From the NCBI RefSeq assembly GCF_001194135.2, contig NC_068982.1:8982294-9046293 (forward strand): a DNA stretch of 64,000 nucleotides, read 5' to 3'. Positions 12,781 to 26,199 of this stretch are shown one piece after another. Each line of letters starts with the position of its first letter. Within the stretch, counting starts at the first letter, position 1. The notes beneath the pieces were generated by a model that worked only from the letters and a program-made list of their open reading frames with translations, was not told the origin of the DNA and made no database searches. A program made the translations under genes and the position numbers. This DNA is from Octopus bimaculoides (lineage: Eukaryota).

Positions 12781-13846
12781 TATTGATAACTATTAAAAGA
12801 AATTACTTCAAATCGAAACAGGTTAAACGAACCAGGCAATGTTCCCTATTTAGACTCATATGACCCACTAAATTAACGTTTAAGTAACTAAAAGGTTGAA
12901 TTTCTTTAGACTTTCGCTTTACATGCTTTTTATTGCAATGTGATTACTGATTTATTTATTTGCCTCGTGTGTTACTGCTGACCTTAATGGATGGCTGAAT
13001 CATATGCAATAAACATCTGCCTTCACGAAACATATTTACGTAACTCATATTGGAAGCGTCCATACATATTTAAGCAATTGGGTTCCAATATAAATTGCTT
13101 ATATGTTGAATAAGCAAACACATTTCGATGGAATATTATATGCATGGTATGGTTTATAGAGTTGCATGTTCAAACCTCATTGAATATCTAAGATTAGAAA
13201 TTGGATTTTCAAAATACATCAAACTCAAATATTATACGTATTCACGCAAGCAACCATTTTCCCGGAAACATGCAATGCACAGATTGTGTTGAGCATATAC
13301 ATGTAAAATAACACATTTACAAAATAAATCTATGATTCCCTAGATAGGAAATAGCATTTCTTAGTGAGGCATGAAATAGTACAGCTGTAGGTAAACAATC
13401 ATAAAATTGCAAATAGGCAATAGTACAGGAATGGAAATCAGTAAAATAGAAAATGCAGTGATAATGAGATTAAAAGTATTCCAGCATAATTTTCCCAAAC
13501 CCTCATAAACACCGTCGCCTCATAAAACAGAACAGCAAGTGAAATAAAACCACTCCAACAATTAAGACAGATATCTAATGTTGGAAGAAGCTCTGCATGA
13601 TGAAATGAAGTAGCCTTATTTAAACAATGGCTGCTTACTTTTGCAGATTAATCATATGCAATACAGATGCCTGTTCACATAAAACTATTATAGATAGCTG
13701 AGTATTTGTCGCATCACAGGAAAACAAAATAAATAAAAATGGCAATACTTAACTTCAATTGTGCTAACATTTCTCTCTTTCCCCTTCATTGCCTCACACC
13801 ATACATGCATGTGTATGTCTAAGTATACATCATGTGTGTGTATATA

Positions 13847-13895
<49 letters not shown>

Positions 13896-14394
13896 NNNNN
13901 NNNNNNNNNNNNNNNNNNNNNNNNNNNNNNNNNNNNNNNNNNNNNNNNNNNNNNNNNNNNNNNNNNNNNNNNNNNNNNNNNNNNNNNNNNNNNNNNNNNN
14001 NNNNNNNNNNNNNNNNNNNNNNNNNNNNNNNNNNNNNNNNNNNNNNNNNNNNNNNNNNNNNNNNNNNNNNNNNNNNNNNNNNNNNNNNNNNNNNNNNNNN
14101 NNNNNNNNNNNNNNNNNNNNNNNNNNNNNNNNNNNNNNNNNNNNNNNNNNNNNNNNNNNNNNNNNNNNNNNNNNNNNNNNNNNNNNNATACACATACATA
14201 TATATACATATACATATATATATACACATACATATATATATACACATACATATATATATATATACACACACATATATATATATACACACACACATATATA
14301 TATACACACACACATATATATACACACACACATGTATACATATGTGTGTGTGTGTGTGTGCGTGTGTGTGTATGTGTGTGTGTGTATCTGTTTA

Positions 14395-14580
14395 TGTGTC
14401 TGTGTTTGTCCCCCCCAACATCGCTTGACAAACCAATGCTGTTGTGTTTACGTCCCGTAACTTAGCGGTGCGGCACAAGTGATACGATAGAATAAGTATT
14501 AGGCTTACAAAGAATAAGTCCTGGCGGTGCTCCAGCCTGGTCGCAGTCAAATGACTGAAACAAGTAAAAGAGTTAAAGAG
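14395..14580 (+). mobile_element. SINE family A, 3' half
   Basis: tgtttgtccccccc..cgtcccgtaacttagcgg..ggcggtgctccagcctggtcgcagtcaaatgactgaaac. Confidence 0.85.
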
Positions 14581-14689
14581 TATACATATACACACAGCTC
14601 GTCATAATGGTCAGGTGACTCAAACGTATAGAAACGCACCGATATGTGCACATAGAAACTCACACACACGCATGTGTTGGTTTCAAATT

Positions 14690-14883
14690 TTGGCACAAGG
14701 CTTGTATTTTCATAGGAGAGGACAAGTCGATTAAATCGACCCTAGTGCAATCCTGGTACTTATTTTATCGACCCCGAAAGGATCAAAAACAAAGACGAAC
14801 TTTGAACTCAGAACGTAAAGACGGACGAAATGCCGTTAATCGTTTTGCACAGCATGCTAACATTTCTGCCAGATCCCCGCCTT
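14690..14883 (-). mobile_element. SINE family B (head-to-head with the next copy)
   Basis: Reverse complement of the family B consensus; head ends at 14883. Confidence 0.8.
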
Positions 14884-14914
14884 AAATGCTGATGCAAATG
14901 TTAAAAAATGTATT

Positions 14915-15520
14915 AAGTCGGCGAGCTGGCAGAATCGTTAGCACGCCGGGCGAAATGCTTAGCGGTATTTCATCTGCCGTTACGTTCTGAGTTCAAATTC
15001 CGCCGAGGTCGACTTTGCCTTTCATCCTTTGGGGGTCGATAAATTAAGTACCAGTTACGCACTGGGGTCGATGTAATCGACTTAATCCGTTCGTCTGTTC
15101 TTGTTTGTTCCCTCTATGTCTAGCCCCTTGTGGGCAGTAACGAAATAGGTATTTCATCTGCCGTTACGTTCTGAGTTCAAATTCCGCCGAGGTCGACTTT
15201 GCTTTTCATCTTTTGGGATCGATTAATAAGTCCCAGTTACGCACTGGAGTCGATGTAATCGACTTAATCCCTTTGTCTGTCCTTGTTTGTCCGCTCTATA
15301 TTTAGCCCCTTGTGGGCAAAAAAGAAATATGAATCGTTAGCACGCCGGGCGAAATGATTAGTGATATTTTGTCCGTCTGTACTGCATGAGTTCAAATTCT
15401 TCTACGATAGCCTTATATTCTTTTGGTGTTAATAAAACGACTAGCATTTGTGCAATGGGGGTCGGTGTAATGGATTTATTACCCCCGCTAAAATTTCAGG
15501 ATTTGTGCCTATAGTTGAAA
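14915..15520 (+). mobile_element. SINE family B tandem cluster (full copy 14915-15147, headless repeat 15148-15330, decayed copy 15332-15520)
   Basis: tatttcatctgccgttacgttctgagttcaaattccgccgaggtcgactttgc occurs twice; a third copy restarts at gaatcgttagcacgccgggcgaaatg. Confidence 0.9.
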
Positions 15521-15595
15521 GAAATATCAAAAACAATTGGTTTGCCAAATACATGAGTATCGCACGGGTTCCCCGCGGAAACAAAATGGTACAGG

Positions 15596-16011
15596 TACTC
15601 TTTCGTTTCAGTCATTTGACTGCGGCCATGCTAGAGCACAGCCTTTAGTCGAGCAAATCGACCCCGGGAGTTATTCTTTGTAAGCCTAGTATTTATTCTA
15701 TCGATAGAATAAATAGTACGCTTACTAGAATAAATACTAGTTACGCTAAGTTACGGGAACATAAACACACCAACAGCGGTTGTCAAGCAATGCTAGGGGG
15801 ACAAACATAGACACACAAACACACACACATAAATATGTACATATATACGACGGGCTTCTTTTAGTTTCCGTCTACCAAATCCACTCACAAGGCTTTGGTC
15901 AGCCTGAGGCTATAATAGAAGACACTTGCCGAAGATGCCACGCAGTGGGATTGAACCCGGAACCATGTGCTTGGCAAGCAAGCTACTTACCACACAGCCT
16001 CTCCTGCGCCT
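15596..16011 (-). mobile_element. SINE family A, full-length, with an internal foldback insertion
   Basis: Reverse complement of the family A head (15930-16011) and tail (15600-15665). Confidence 0.9.
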
Positions 16012-16029
16012 ATATTCTATTAGTTTCAA

Positions 16030-16540
16030 TCATCCGACTGCAGTGATGCTGGGGCATATCTTTAAAGTAGTCAGTTGAACAATTCGATCCCAGGACTTAC
16101 TTTTTTTAAAACATGGTATTTATTCTGATGCTCTTTTTTTGCCAAACTGATAAGTCATGGGAACGTAAACAAACTATCAGCAGTTGCCAAGTGTTGGTGG
16201 GATGACAAACACAGACACGAAGACGCACACACTCACACACACACATACACTTCTATCTATCTATCTAGATATATGTATTTCATATGGCTGATCGTAATAT
16301 TATCCTCTCTGAAAGAGCTTCCAGACAATTTCTTGAAAACGTCTGGTATTCTCATACACACAGACACACACACACTCATACATATTTTATACACACGGCG
16401 CGCTTTCAGTTTCCGTGTACTAAATCAATTTACAATCTTTGGTCGGCTATAGTGGAAAGTAACAGCATAAAAGTGCTACACATTGGGACTAAATCCGAAA
16501 TTATGTGGTTGGTTGGGAAGCAAAGATTTTACCATACTAT
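16030..16540 (-). mobile_element. Decayed SINE family A pieces (3' half 16030-16215, 5' half 16385-16540)
   Basis: ccgactgcagtgatgctggggca..cgatcccaggactt and tttcagtttccgtgtactaaatc..gggactaaatccgaaattatgtggttgg. Confidence 0.65.
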
Positions 16541-18435
16541 GAAGTTTCTATATTGATTCTTGCTTATTATACCACTAGTAAAACTTGTACATAGTTTAGA
16601 ATCCAAGTTTTGGGTAAAATTGGAGCAAAATATGGTGTCATTTCCATAAATCAATACAAAACTTCTAATTGTTGTAATGTAAACATCATAAAGAGACTAC
16701 ACCAACCGCAATACAATCTGAAGCCTCCAAGATAACTAATATGAAGGTGTGAATATTTCATTTGTCTGGTCGTAATATTATCCTATCTGAGAGAGATTCC
16801 AGACAATATCTTGAAAACAATATCTTCAAAACTCATACATACATACATACATACATACATACATACATACATACACACATGCACAACCATCATCGGTTGC
16901 CAAGCGATGTTAGGCGGGGGGGGGGCAAACACAGACACACAAACATACACATACATACATATATATATATATATACTAGAGACCGGCTCTTTCTCTGTTA
17001 GTAAGAAATCTTGAAATAAAACTGATTAATGGTATACATACATATATACATACGTGACTACATACATACATACACAAATATACATACACGCATCCAACCA
17101 CATATGCATACATCATTTTTTATATATTCAATCACATTTACGCACCCTTTCTCTCTAACTCTCATCTTCAGCAACATGCTTGATAATAAAGTTAACTTAT
17201 TTGTAGTATTTTTATTTTATTTTCTTCTGTTCCGCTGTAATTTGTACTTTCTTTACTATTTGATGTGTTCCTACGTTGCTATTGTTGTTGCTAAGACTAA
17301 GATCTGCAAGCTGTTTCAATCATGTCTTTTCCGTTCCATATTAACCTATTTATAGTTATATTATCTAATGCTGCAGTGGGCTTATTTATTTATTTATTTT
17401 AATGCAGACAGTAAAATGCAGTTTAATGGAGACACTCGGCTGCCACATTTAGTATCTCGCGTGAACAGACAAATGCTTCTCTCGTGTTAGAGAAAGTGAG
17501 AAACAAATAGAATAGAATATACCTGAAACACGTTTTCCAGCTTATCAAAACAATTGGAATTATATAACATTACTCCAAAACAATTGCAATAATGAGATTA
17601 TGATCAGATGGTGATATTTGCAATGTTGCTTGGAGAAGAGCATTAAAAGGTGAAGTGCTATTAAATATTACAAGGACGATTTACTCATTTCTATAAGCAA
17701 TGCTATTGTTGTTATGTTTTAGTGACGATCGGCCAAGGTATTATGTACAGTTTATATTCTCTTACTCTGTGACCTCACTCTCTTTAACGTTCCTTCAACT
17801 TATTCTACTCTTCATCGGCATCCATGTTGATGTCCTTGATGCATAGTCCTTATTCAGATCAAGTAGATATAGCCGTGCTATCTATGACTACAATATTTAA
17901 TGTTTTTCCCTTTAGTTGCTGGTAATCTCATTGGCTCGTACTTAAAATGCTTTATCTCTCATTGTAATATTTACGGACAATATAATCAGTGATTTAGCAA
18001 ATTCGTTAGAACATAAGGCTTGCTATGTTTTGTTACAACCCTTTAGGTTCTGGGTTCAAATCATCTCATGCAAATAAAATTTGAGTTTACATTTTTGCCT
18101 TGATCGATGAATTGAAATATACTGTGGCGATTTAATCACCTATAAACATTTGAAAAAAGGTAGGCTTTGTACTAATATTAGTACGAATATTAATATTTCT
18201 AGTAATATTTGTACTAATAAAGCTTCTTAAATCTATAAATTATTCTAATCTCTATAACGTGTGTTAAAATGAACTCTGTAAAATGGGGTTGTAATTAGGG
18301 AACAAATGCACTGAAATAGAAATTTATGCGTTAAAAATATTAAAACTCATTCAGAGTAACAAACATATAGTGTTTCGAGAAAGCTACATTTTTGCTGTTC
18401 CTCTGGTATTTCGTTATATTCTTCCCTAAACATTC

Positions 18436-18439
<4 letters not shown>

Positions 18440-18509
<70 letters not shown>

Positions 18510-18534
18510 GAGAGAGAGCGAGAGAGAGAGAGAG

Positions 18535-18577
<43 letters not shown>

Positions 18578-18615
18578 GAGAGAAAGATATGAGAGAAAGA
18601 GAGAGAGAGACAGAC
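18440..18615. repeat. (GA)n microsatellite
   Basis: Direct inspection. Confidence 0.98.
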
Positions 18616-18854
18616 ACGGACAAATAGAATAAGTCTACAATTTGCCCGCCATACACTCTATCGGTAAGAACGATACAAGTGACGTTTCTGGCGTCCTTTG
18701 CGAGCCAAAAAACGTGATTAAAAATTTGGGTCAGAAAAAGAATATTCCCAACATTATTTTGTTATATTTGCTCCTTATGATTATTTTATTTATATTCTAA
18801 TATATTGGAAATACTCTAACGTATTTGATATTATAAATATTTGGAATGTCAAAT

Positions 18855-19680
18855 GAACTCCATTGGTGAATATATTGTCGTCTGAATTACGCAAATATGA
18901 AAATAACACTGACATTTCATTTTAACTGATATATTTACGAAAGTTCCAAGAAATATCTTGAAATATTAAGGAGTACCTTTATTCAATAAAATTGCCATTG
19001 GCTTCAACGACAGCCTCCAGACGACTTCAGAATCTCCTGCAACTCTTCTGGACGTTTTCCTTGTTTAATTTAGTGAATGCTGCACTAATACCTGCTGTCA
19101 GTTTATCTTTGAGGTTACAAGGAGTTTTGTTGGTCTCTCGCCCAACTGCGCCCCACACAATAAATGAAGGGGGTTGCAGTCGGGGACGTTAGGTGGCCAG
19201 ATGCTAGAGGTGATGTCGCTTGTGTGGCATGGTGTAGAATCCTGTTGCCAGATATAGGGACTTCCAGCAGTCACCATCTTGACCTAGGATTGTACCACCC
19301 CCTCCAGGAACTTGATGTAGGACACCGTGTTGAGTCTGAGACCGTGTGGGGAGATGAATGAAGGCATAATGTCACCATCACTAGTGGTTACTCCAAACAC
19401 CATGATGTTGACTGGACGTTTCATTTTTATCACTATCGGTACATGTCCTCCGATTGATCTGTCCCCAAATACTGACATGTGCTTATTGGAGTTTCCAGCG
19501 TAAATTCCAAGCAGTATAGCATGTCGTTTCCAAATTTCTGGCAGTGTTAACTGCGTCTTGGTGCTGTTTTTCTCACAGACGGTGCCCAACTGAATCTAGT
19601 ATGCTGTGTAGTCGGGAAGATCATAAGCAAACAATGTACATGGGCAAAATTAAAAATATAAATTTACCCATCGCATCATG
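18855..19680 (-). mobile_element. Non-autonomous maT-type (DD37D-like) Tc1/mariner deletion derivative, copy 1
   Basis: Minus strand encodes KRPVNIMVFGVTTSDGDIMPSFISPHGLRLNT and remnants of the QQDSxPCH and WPPNxPDCNPL motifs; terminal catgatgcgatgggtaaattt resembles the TIR of copy 2. Confidence 0.8.
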
Positions 19681-19716
19681 TAAACACACCCACACCCACA
19701 CACGCACATATATATA

Positions 19717-20012
19717 TGAGGGGCAGTCAAAAATTATCCGTACTTTCGCCATAACACATCTTTATTATTGTCATGCTGACTGTCTGCTGCGCATGCGTGC
19801 TTACAGTTGGTACTGTTGTGATCACGTGATCGAATTTGGACCCTGATCGCACCATTTTTCACTCTGGCTTTACAGCGTATGTGCATCAAAGAACACCACT
19901 AGCAATGTGCATCAAATCACACCAATGGGAGCGATCGCAGATGTGCCAGGCTTAAAATATAAGTACATGGGGCGATTGTTTCAATGAACATTCTTCAATT
20001 ACTGCCCCAGTA
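19717..20012. mobile_element. Mariner-like end or possible MITE
   Basis: TA|TGAGGGGCAGTCAAAAATTATCCGTACT resembles a mariner TIR; only a weak inverted match (actgccccagta) at 20001-20012. Confidence 0.35.
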
Positions 20013-20479
20013 TTGCCGCAATCTAATAACTGAAACAAGTAAAAACAAAAAATAAATTGATGAAATTAAATATAGGATGTATATACGATTTATGGATTTC
20101 GAAAACAATTTATGCAAAAAACCCAAGGTGTATATTCGTTTTTATAGGAATTATTCTATCTTTTAGGTGCGTGGTCTGTTATGCAAAATTGAATATAAGC
20201 TATCAACAATCCCTCTATGAACAAGAAGACGCGTATTATATCTCTTACGAAAGTCCAAGAAAGTTAAACAAAATAAAAAACTAACCATACATGCCTGTTG
20301 AGAGCTAAGAATATCTAATGCAACCAGCTTCAATCTTTTTTCAAAGGAAATATATACAATTCTGTCTTGATTAAAAACCTACATTCCAAATTACATTTTG
20401 TGATTGCATATATGTATGTATATATATTTGTGTGTGTGAAGAACATAGATACACACATTTAAACACACACACACACGTT

Positions 20480-20490
20480 TATGTGTCTAC

Positions 20491-20551
<61 letters not shown>

Positions 20552-20693
20552 TATACATATATGCGTTTACATATATATGTATGTATATCTATCTATCTAT
20601 CTATATATATATATATATATATGTACATATACACACATATTCAAATACACACATTATATACATATATACACATATACACACATATGCATGCAT

Positions 20694-20731
<38 letters not shown>

Positions 20732-20740
20732 GTATATATA
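20480..20740. repeat. (TA)n/(TATC)n/(CA)n compound microsatellite
   Basis: Direct inspection. Confidence 0.95.
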
Positions 20741-21474
20741 TAGTGAGAAAGAATGAGAGTGGTAGAAACTTGTCTATAGTTTGATTTTGGGGTTTCCTGT
20801 CTAAATATTTGTGCACAAAACTATTAGTTTTCTTACGTAAGTAACTAGTTATAAATATACAAAACGTACTGGTATTTAATTATTCTTGTACAATTGCTCT
20901 ATTATTTCTTTTCTCAAATAATGTACGACGAATCTTTCCGTGATATATATATATATATGATGCTTTTTCTTGTTTTCTCTCCTGCTATCCACTTATTACA
21001 ATTAGTTCAGTGGGCTTCTGGGAATTCTATTTATGTACGTTAGGTTAAAAGCTGTCTCACGTCATATAAATAATGAACAAAAATCGAAGAAAGTAAAAAG
21101 GAATAAACCGGAAATAATTCTCAGACGAGTATTTATTGATCTATGTAAGTCTTTCAGACTGATAGCGTATTTCTAAGACTTTGTTAGTGAAACTATTTTA
21201 TGATATTGACAAGTAAACGTATACATCACATATTGAATCTTGGGCTAAAATATTTTGATTCTGAATTTGAGAGTATTTATAGAAATTATTCAAAAAGCTA
21301 CATACAATGTCCAAATATCAAAGCATCAATCATTGCTGGAGTGTATAAACTTGCACTGCATGCGTATATATTTCATTAACACAAATTTCCGTGAGGTCTA
21401 TCGTGCATAAAAATATGTTTGTACGTGCGTGTGCGTACGTATGTATGTACGTATAATACGTTTCTTTCATATTC

Positions 21475-21517
<43 letters not shown>

Positions 21518-22494
21518 GGCTTGCTACTTTACTTACATAGTTTTCTAGGAAATGTAGTTTTCCATAAAAGCTCATCAAGGAATATAAGTTATAGATCGCC
21601 ATAGGCATGAATATATGCAAGTATAACAGGATTGATAAGATTGTCTGTTTTGGACAGAGTTCTTTCAAGGGTATACCTTGTATAAAGATTTGATTTAAAT
21701 AGTGTGAAGGAGATCGTTCATAGTTAATTTCTTTGGACTCTACAAATTCTCTAGTCACCTAACAAGTACATATATTTTAGACGTAATCATTAGTACAATG
21801 ACTATGGCAAATAAGACTTACTATAATGATTTAAATTCAAGTGTTTCCAGGGAAAGAAACTAATCATTTAATGTTCTACAAATGGACCTTATAAATACAG
21901 AAGTGGAATTACACAAGATAATCCTACATACAGGATAATTTTATAAATTTTAATAATATAATGTTAATGTCGGTATTTAAATTCGGAAGCTGAAGCTGGG
22001 TGTCTTAGTTGCAAGAATGACTTTTCGAGGATATTTTAAATGATAAAAATATATCAAACACAAAAGCATCAACACATCGTTTAAAAATTTGATACACAAC
22101 TGACTGAAAACCAACTTGTATTTAATATGCTAATCATAGAGCAACAAGAAGATACAATTACTCAGACATGCGCGTTTATATGTCCCTGCAAATGCATACA
22201 TTTCATTGAACCACGTTTTACAACAAATTAATATTAACCGCCCATTTCCTAGAGCTATTGAGTGAACTTTAATTCTGTTTGAAACTTCTTCAGTAATTTG
22301 GACAATGTTTGAGTAAATTAAGTGAGAAAGAAGCAAACGATCCCTCAACCAATTCAACGACTCCCAATAATCTGTGACTGTCTTCTATTATTTCGTTCAG
22401 ACTATGATTTGTCTATCCTTTCCCTCTCTAATTATATATATATACATGTGTGTGTGCGTGTGCGTGTGCGTGTGCGTGTGTGTGTGTGTGTGTG

Positions 22495-22725
22495 TAGTGA
22501 AGGCGCGTTGTTTAGTGGTTAGTGTACTCGGCTCCTGAATGTCACTGTGTTCGATTCCCGACAATGCGTTCTGTCCTCCAGCAAGACATTTTATTTCACG
22601 TTGCTTCAGTCCACACAGTTCGCAAACGTGAGTAGTGCTTGACATCCAAAGGGCTGAATTCCCTGAGGACTACGTTAAGGATTGGCATGATCCTGGAGTG
22701 CCCAGGCACCTACACGTTAATCTCA
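22495..22725 (+). mobile_element. tRNA-headed SINE with a CORE-like domain and a family-C-like body segment
   Basis: gcgttgtttagtggttag..gtgttcgattcccg head; gtcctccagcaagacattttatttcacgttgcttcagtccac; tccctgaggactacgttaagg resembles the family C body. Confidence 0.6.
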
Positions 22726-22734
22726 CGAGTAAGA

Positions 22735-22870
22735 TATTATATATGATATATATATATGATAAATTATATATAATATATATATGATATATATATATATATA
22801 TATATGATTTATGATATATATATATATATTATTTATGATTTATGATATCTATATATACATATATATATAT
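22735..22870. repeat. (ATATG/AT)n low-complexity tract
   Basis: Direct inspection. Confidence 0.85.
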
Positions 22871-24967
22871 TGTACAGTGATGCACGTTAAAGCATATATC
22901 AACACAATTATGGAAAAATAGAAACAGATGCCATATGCTCATATACACACACATATATATACACATATATATACATATGTACGAGCACCAAAACTTGTGC
23001 ATATGTGTGAATCATCACTGGAGGTGCGCCTGTATGCATATGTGTTTATGTGAGCGTATATAGAAATACGTACATGTATATAGATATATACACACATATA
23101 TTGCCAAATTTCCACCCAACATTTTTTGCATGTAAATGTATAAAAGATTATGGTTGAACTTTTATAATTTTACTTCTATTTTTGTTTTGTATAGATTTTG
23201 TTTGTTTCAATGAAGTACGCCAAATATGTGACAGGAACAAAAATCTCAGCACTACACTTAGAAATTAGTGTATCATGCGCACAGGCAAGCAAACATACAT
23301 ACATATATAACGCGCGCGCACACACAAACACACACACACATATTTTTCGTGTTAAGTTATGAAGTGGTGTACGATACCAGAATTTTCAAATAGAGTCAAA
23401 CAAAGTATTCCGAATCGTTGATAGACTATCCGCACAAGTGGTATCAAGACCGGTTTTCTTTTTTTTACTACTGTCATCGAATCATATTATTCATTATAAT
23501 GAAGTACAACCAAATCCATATAGTGATATTTTGAAATTATTTATTCCGTACGTTTCAGCTTTGCAGAGTATATAACAGCAAATACATCCATTACGTAAAT
23601 CTTTCTCAGTTAAAGATTTTCAAAAATAGTTTTAAAATGCTTTACCCGAGGAAGGTCTACGTAATAGGTGTATAGTATATCCTAATATACATTACGCAAA
23701 TCTGAAACGTATCAAATTATTTCAAGACATGCTCTGACCTCATTACATATATATATAACCTCATATAACAATATCACCGAGACAATAGCAGCTAGAAGAA
23801 GGCTATCATCCTGTTGCTGAATATTTCTTGTAATCAGATTTTGTTGCTCGTGACTAAAATATTTAGATTGTCACGAAAGCATTATCCCACAAATAGTAAT
23901 TATTTTAATAAACTTCTCAGGAATAGTTGTATAAAAGCCTTGCAAGTTGGGACTGTCGTGATTATAGATCGCTCTCAAATTTGCGATTCAACATTTTACA
24001 AATGCCAGCATATTCAACAGTTTAAATCCAATTGAATATCTATTATGGTGTAGACGATTACCGAAAATATTGTATACTGTACACTTTATAGAAGAAATGC
24101 ACTTTAAAGCATTAGATTTTGCATTTACTTCGAATCGAATTAATATTCGTTAATTGTTGAACATTTATTCCGGAATCATACTTTACGGGTCTCATAGTTT
24201 GACCAAATTTCATATGCAGGCTACGAAAAAGAAATTAAAACTATGATACCGAGTAGAAAAATTTTTTCCGCCATATCCTATAAACATGGAACACATCTTG
24301 TATACTCCGCAATTTTGAAGCTTATAAAATACCATTTTCAATAGACTTCACTCCATAGAAATTACCAGTTACTTTGTGGTTGCTTGCATAAAAAGATTTA
24401 CAGCCCTGAAAATTCTTTTAAAAAATTGTTAGATAGCAACATCAAGAAAAATTTACGAAAGCGAATCCCTGCTGTGTACGAAATAAAATTAGCTTTAAAT
24501 TTTTTCATATTGATTTCATTCTTTAATACATTTCAACATCCATTTTATTACATTTCCACATTTCTCAAACAAGTCGACTGCTTAAAAAAAAAATCAAAGC
24601 AACTAGAATCGAAATCAATGATTTCTATTAGATTGATTTTATTTATAAGATTTTTTTTTCTCTTTGAAAGGGTTGGAAATAATTTTCTTTCAGCATAACG
24701 TTTGAGCCACATACACAATAAAATAACCCATATGCATCACCCCTCATGATTTCAAGATTCATACCACCAAAGTGTGTTTAAGGTTCGGCATATTTAAAAA
24801 AATATTTGCATATGTTTAACGGAATGTATTTATAAACTCTCATATTCTTATACATTTTTAGCTTATGCTTGGTATATGGATGTTTTGCGAATATTGATAT
24901 ATGCTATTCATGAATCGTTGACCTAATAAAATGATGTCCAGCTTAACTTTATACACACGCATACATA

Positions 24968-25021
<54 letters not shown>

Positions 25022-25244
25022 GTGTGTATATATATATACATACATGCATGCATATATATGCAGGCGTACATATTCATACATCAGGGCAGACATATACACT
25101 AGCACACACACACATACATGCACACACACACACTTATATATGTGAAGTTCACAAGTCACAGAATGGAAATATTTGCATTAACCGTATATTTAATAACTAT
25201 CTAATTACTAGAAATCATTATATTTCAAAAATGCAAGAAACATG

Positions 25245-25710
25245 CGTTTTCGTAGTCGGCGCCAGCTCGAATCCTAACATTGGAGCCTTGGGTTCATCAG
25301 TTTCTATTCAGTCCCCTCGGCAGATATTTGTGCCGAATGTGACTTTGGAGTCCCAGTCGGTGGTGAAAGATTCTTGGGCAGAATTCGCACAGGATGGTCG
25401 GTGCGAGTCGAAGATGTTGAAGATGATCTTTTTTTCTCCTGCGTTTTACCTCCTTATTCTGTTGTCTGTTCTGCTCGAAGGAGCTGGCTCCATTGCGAAT
25501 AGCAGTCGTCTAGGCTGTCGTAGCCATGACAATCTGTTCCCATGAGGATGACTGGATGTTAGTTTGAGACAGGGTCCGTTTGAGCTTGTCTTTAAAACGG
25601 AATTTCGAGCCTCTTCTGGGTCTTGTTCCGAATGCAAGTTCTCTGTAGAGCGTGATCCTCGGGAAACGAGAGGACTCCATATGCTGGACGATATTATACC
25701 TGTATTTCAA
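25245..25710 (-). mobile_element. RTE-clade LINE 3' fragment
   Basis: Minus strand: HMESSRFPRITLYRELAFGTRPRRGSKFRFKDKLKRTL..SWEQ and, after frameshifts, CEFCPRIFHHRLGLQSHIRH (C2H2-like). Confidence 0.8.
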
Positions 25711-25712
25711 AA

Positions 25713-25878
25713 GGCCAGCCTTGTCACACTCTGTGTCACACTGAATCTCCTCGGGAACTACATTAAGGGTACACGTGTCTGTGGAGTGCTCAGCCACTTC
25801 CATGTTAATTTCACGAGCAGGCTGTTCCTTTGATTGGATCAACTAGAACCTTCGTCGTCGTAACCAACGGAGTGTTGT
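25713..25878 (+). mobile_element. SINE family C, 3' part
   Basis: Reverse-complement match to 12430-12600. Confidence 0.85.
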
Positions 25879-26199
25879 AGTAATATATATATATATATAT
25901 ATATATNNNNNNNNNNNNNNNNNNNNNNNNNNNNNNNNNNNNNNNNNNNNNNNNNNNNNNNNNNNNNNNNNNNNNNNNNNNNNNNNNNNNNNNNNNNNNN
26001 NNNNNNNNNNNNNNNNNNNNNNNNNNNNNNNNNNNNNNNNNNNNNNNNNNNNNNNNNNNNNNNNNNNNNNNNNNNNNNNNNNNNNNNNNNNNNNNNNNNN
26101 NNNNNNNNNNNNNNNNNNNNNNNNNNNNNNNNNNNNNNNNNNNNNNNNNNNNNNNNNNNNNNNNNNNNNNNNNNNNNNNNNNNNNNNNNNCATACGACC

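Noticed and set aside
12990-13650. Minus-strand stretch resembling a decayed multi-pass membrane protein
   Set aside because: Hydrophobic bias is explained by T-richness; several stops and no GPCR or channel motif.
14915-15520. Repeated similar units that could be mistaken for a CRISPR-like array
   Set aside because: Units are about 180-230-bp SINE copies without unique equal-length spacers; eukaryotic context and no cas genes.
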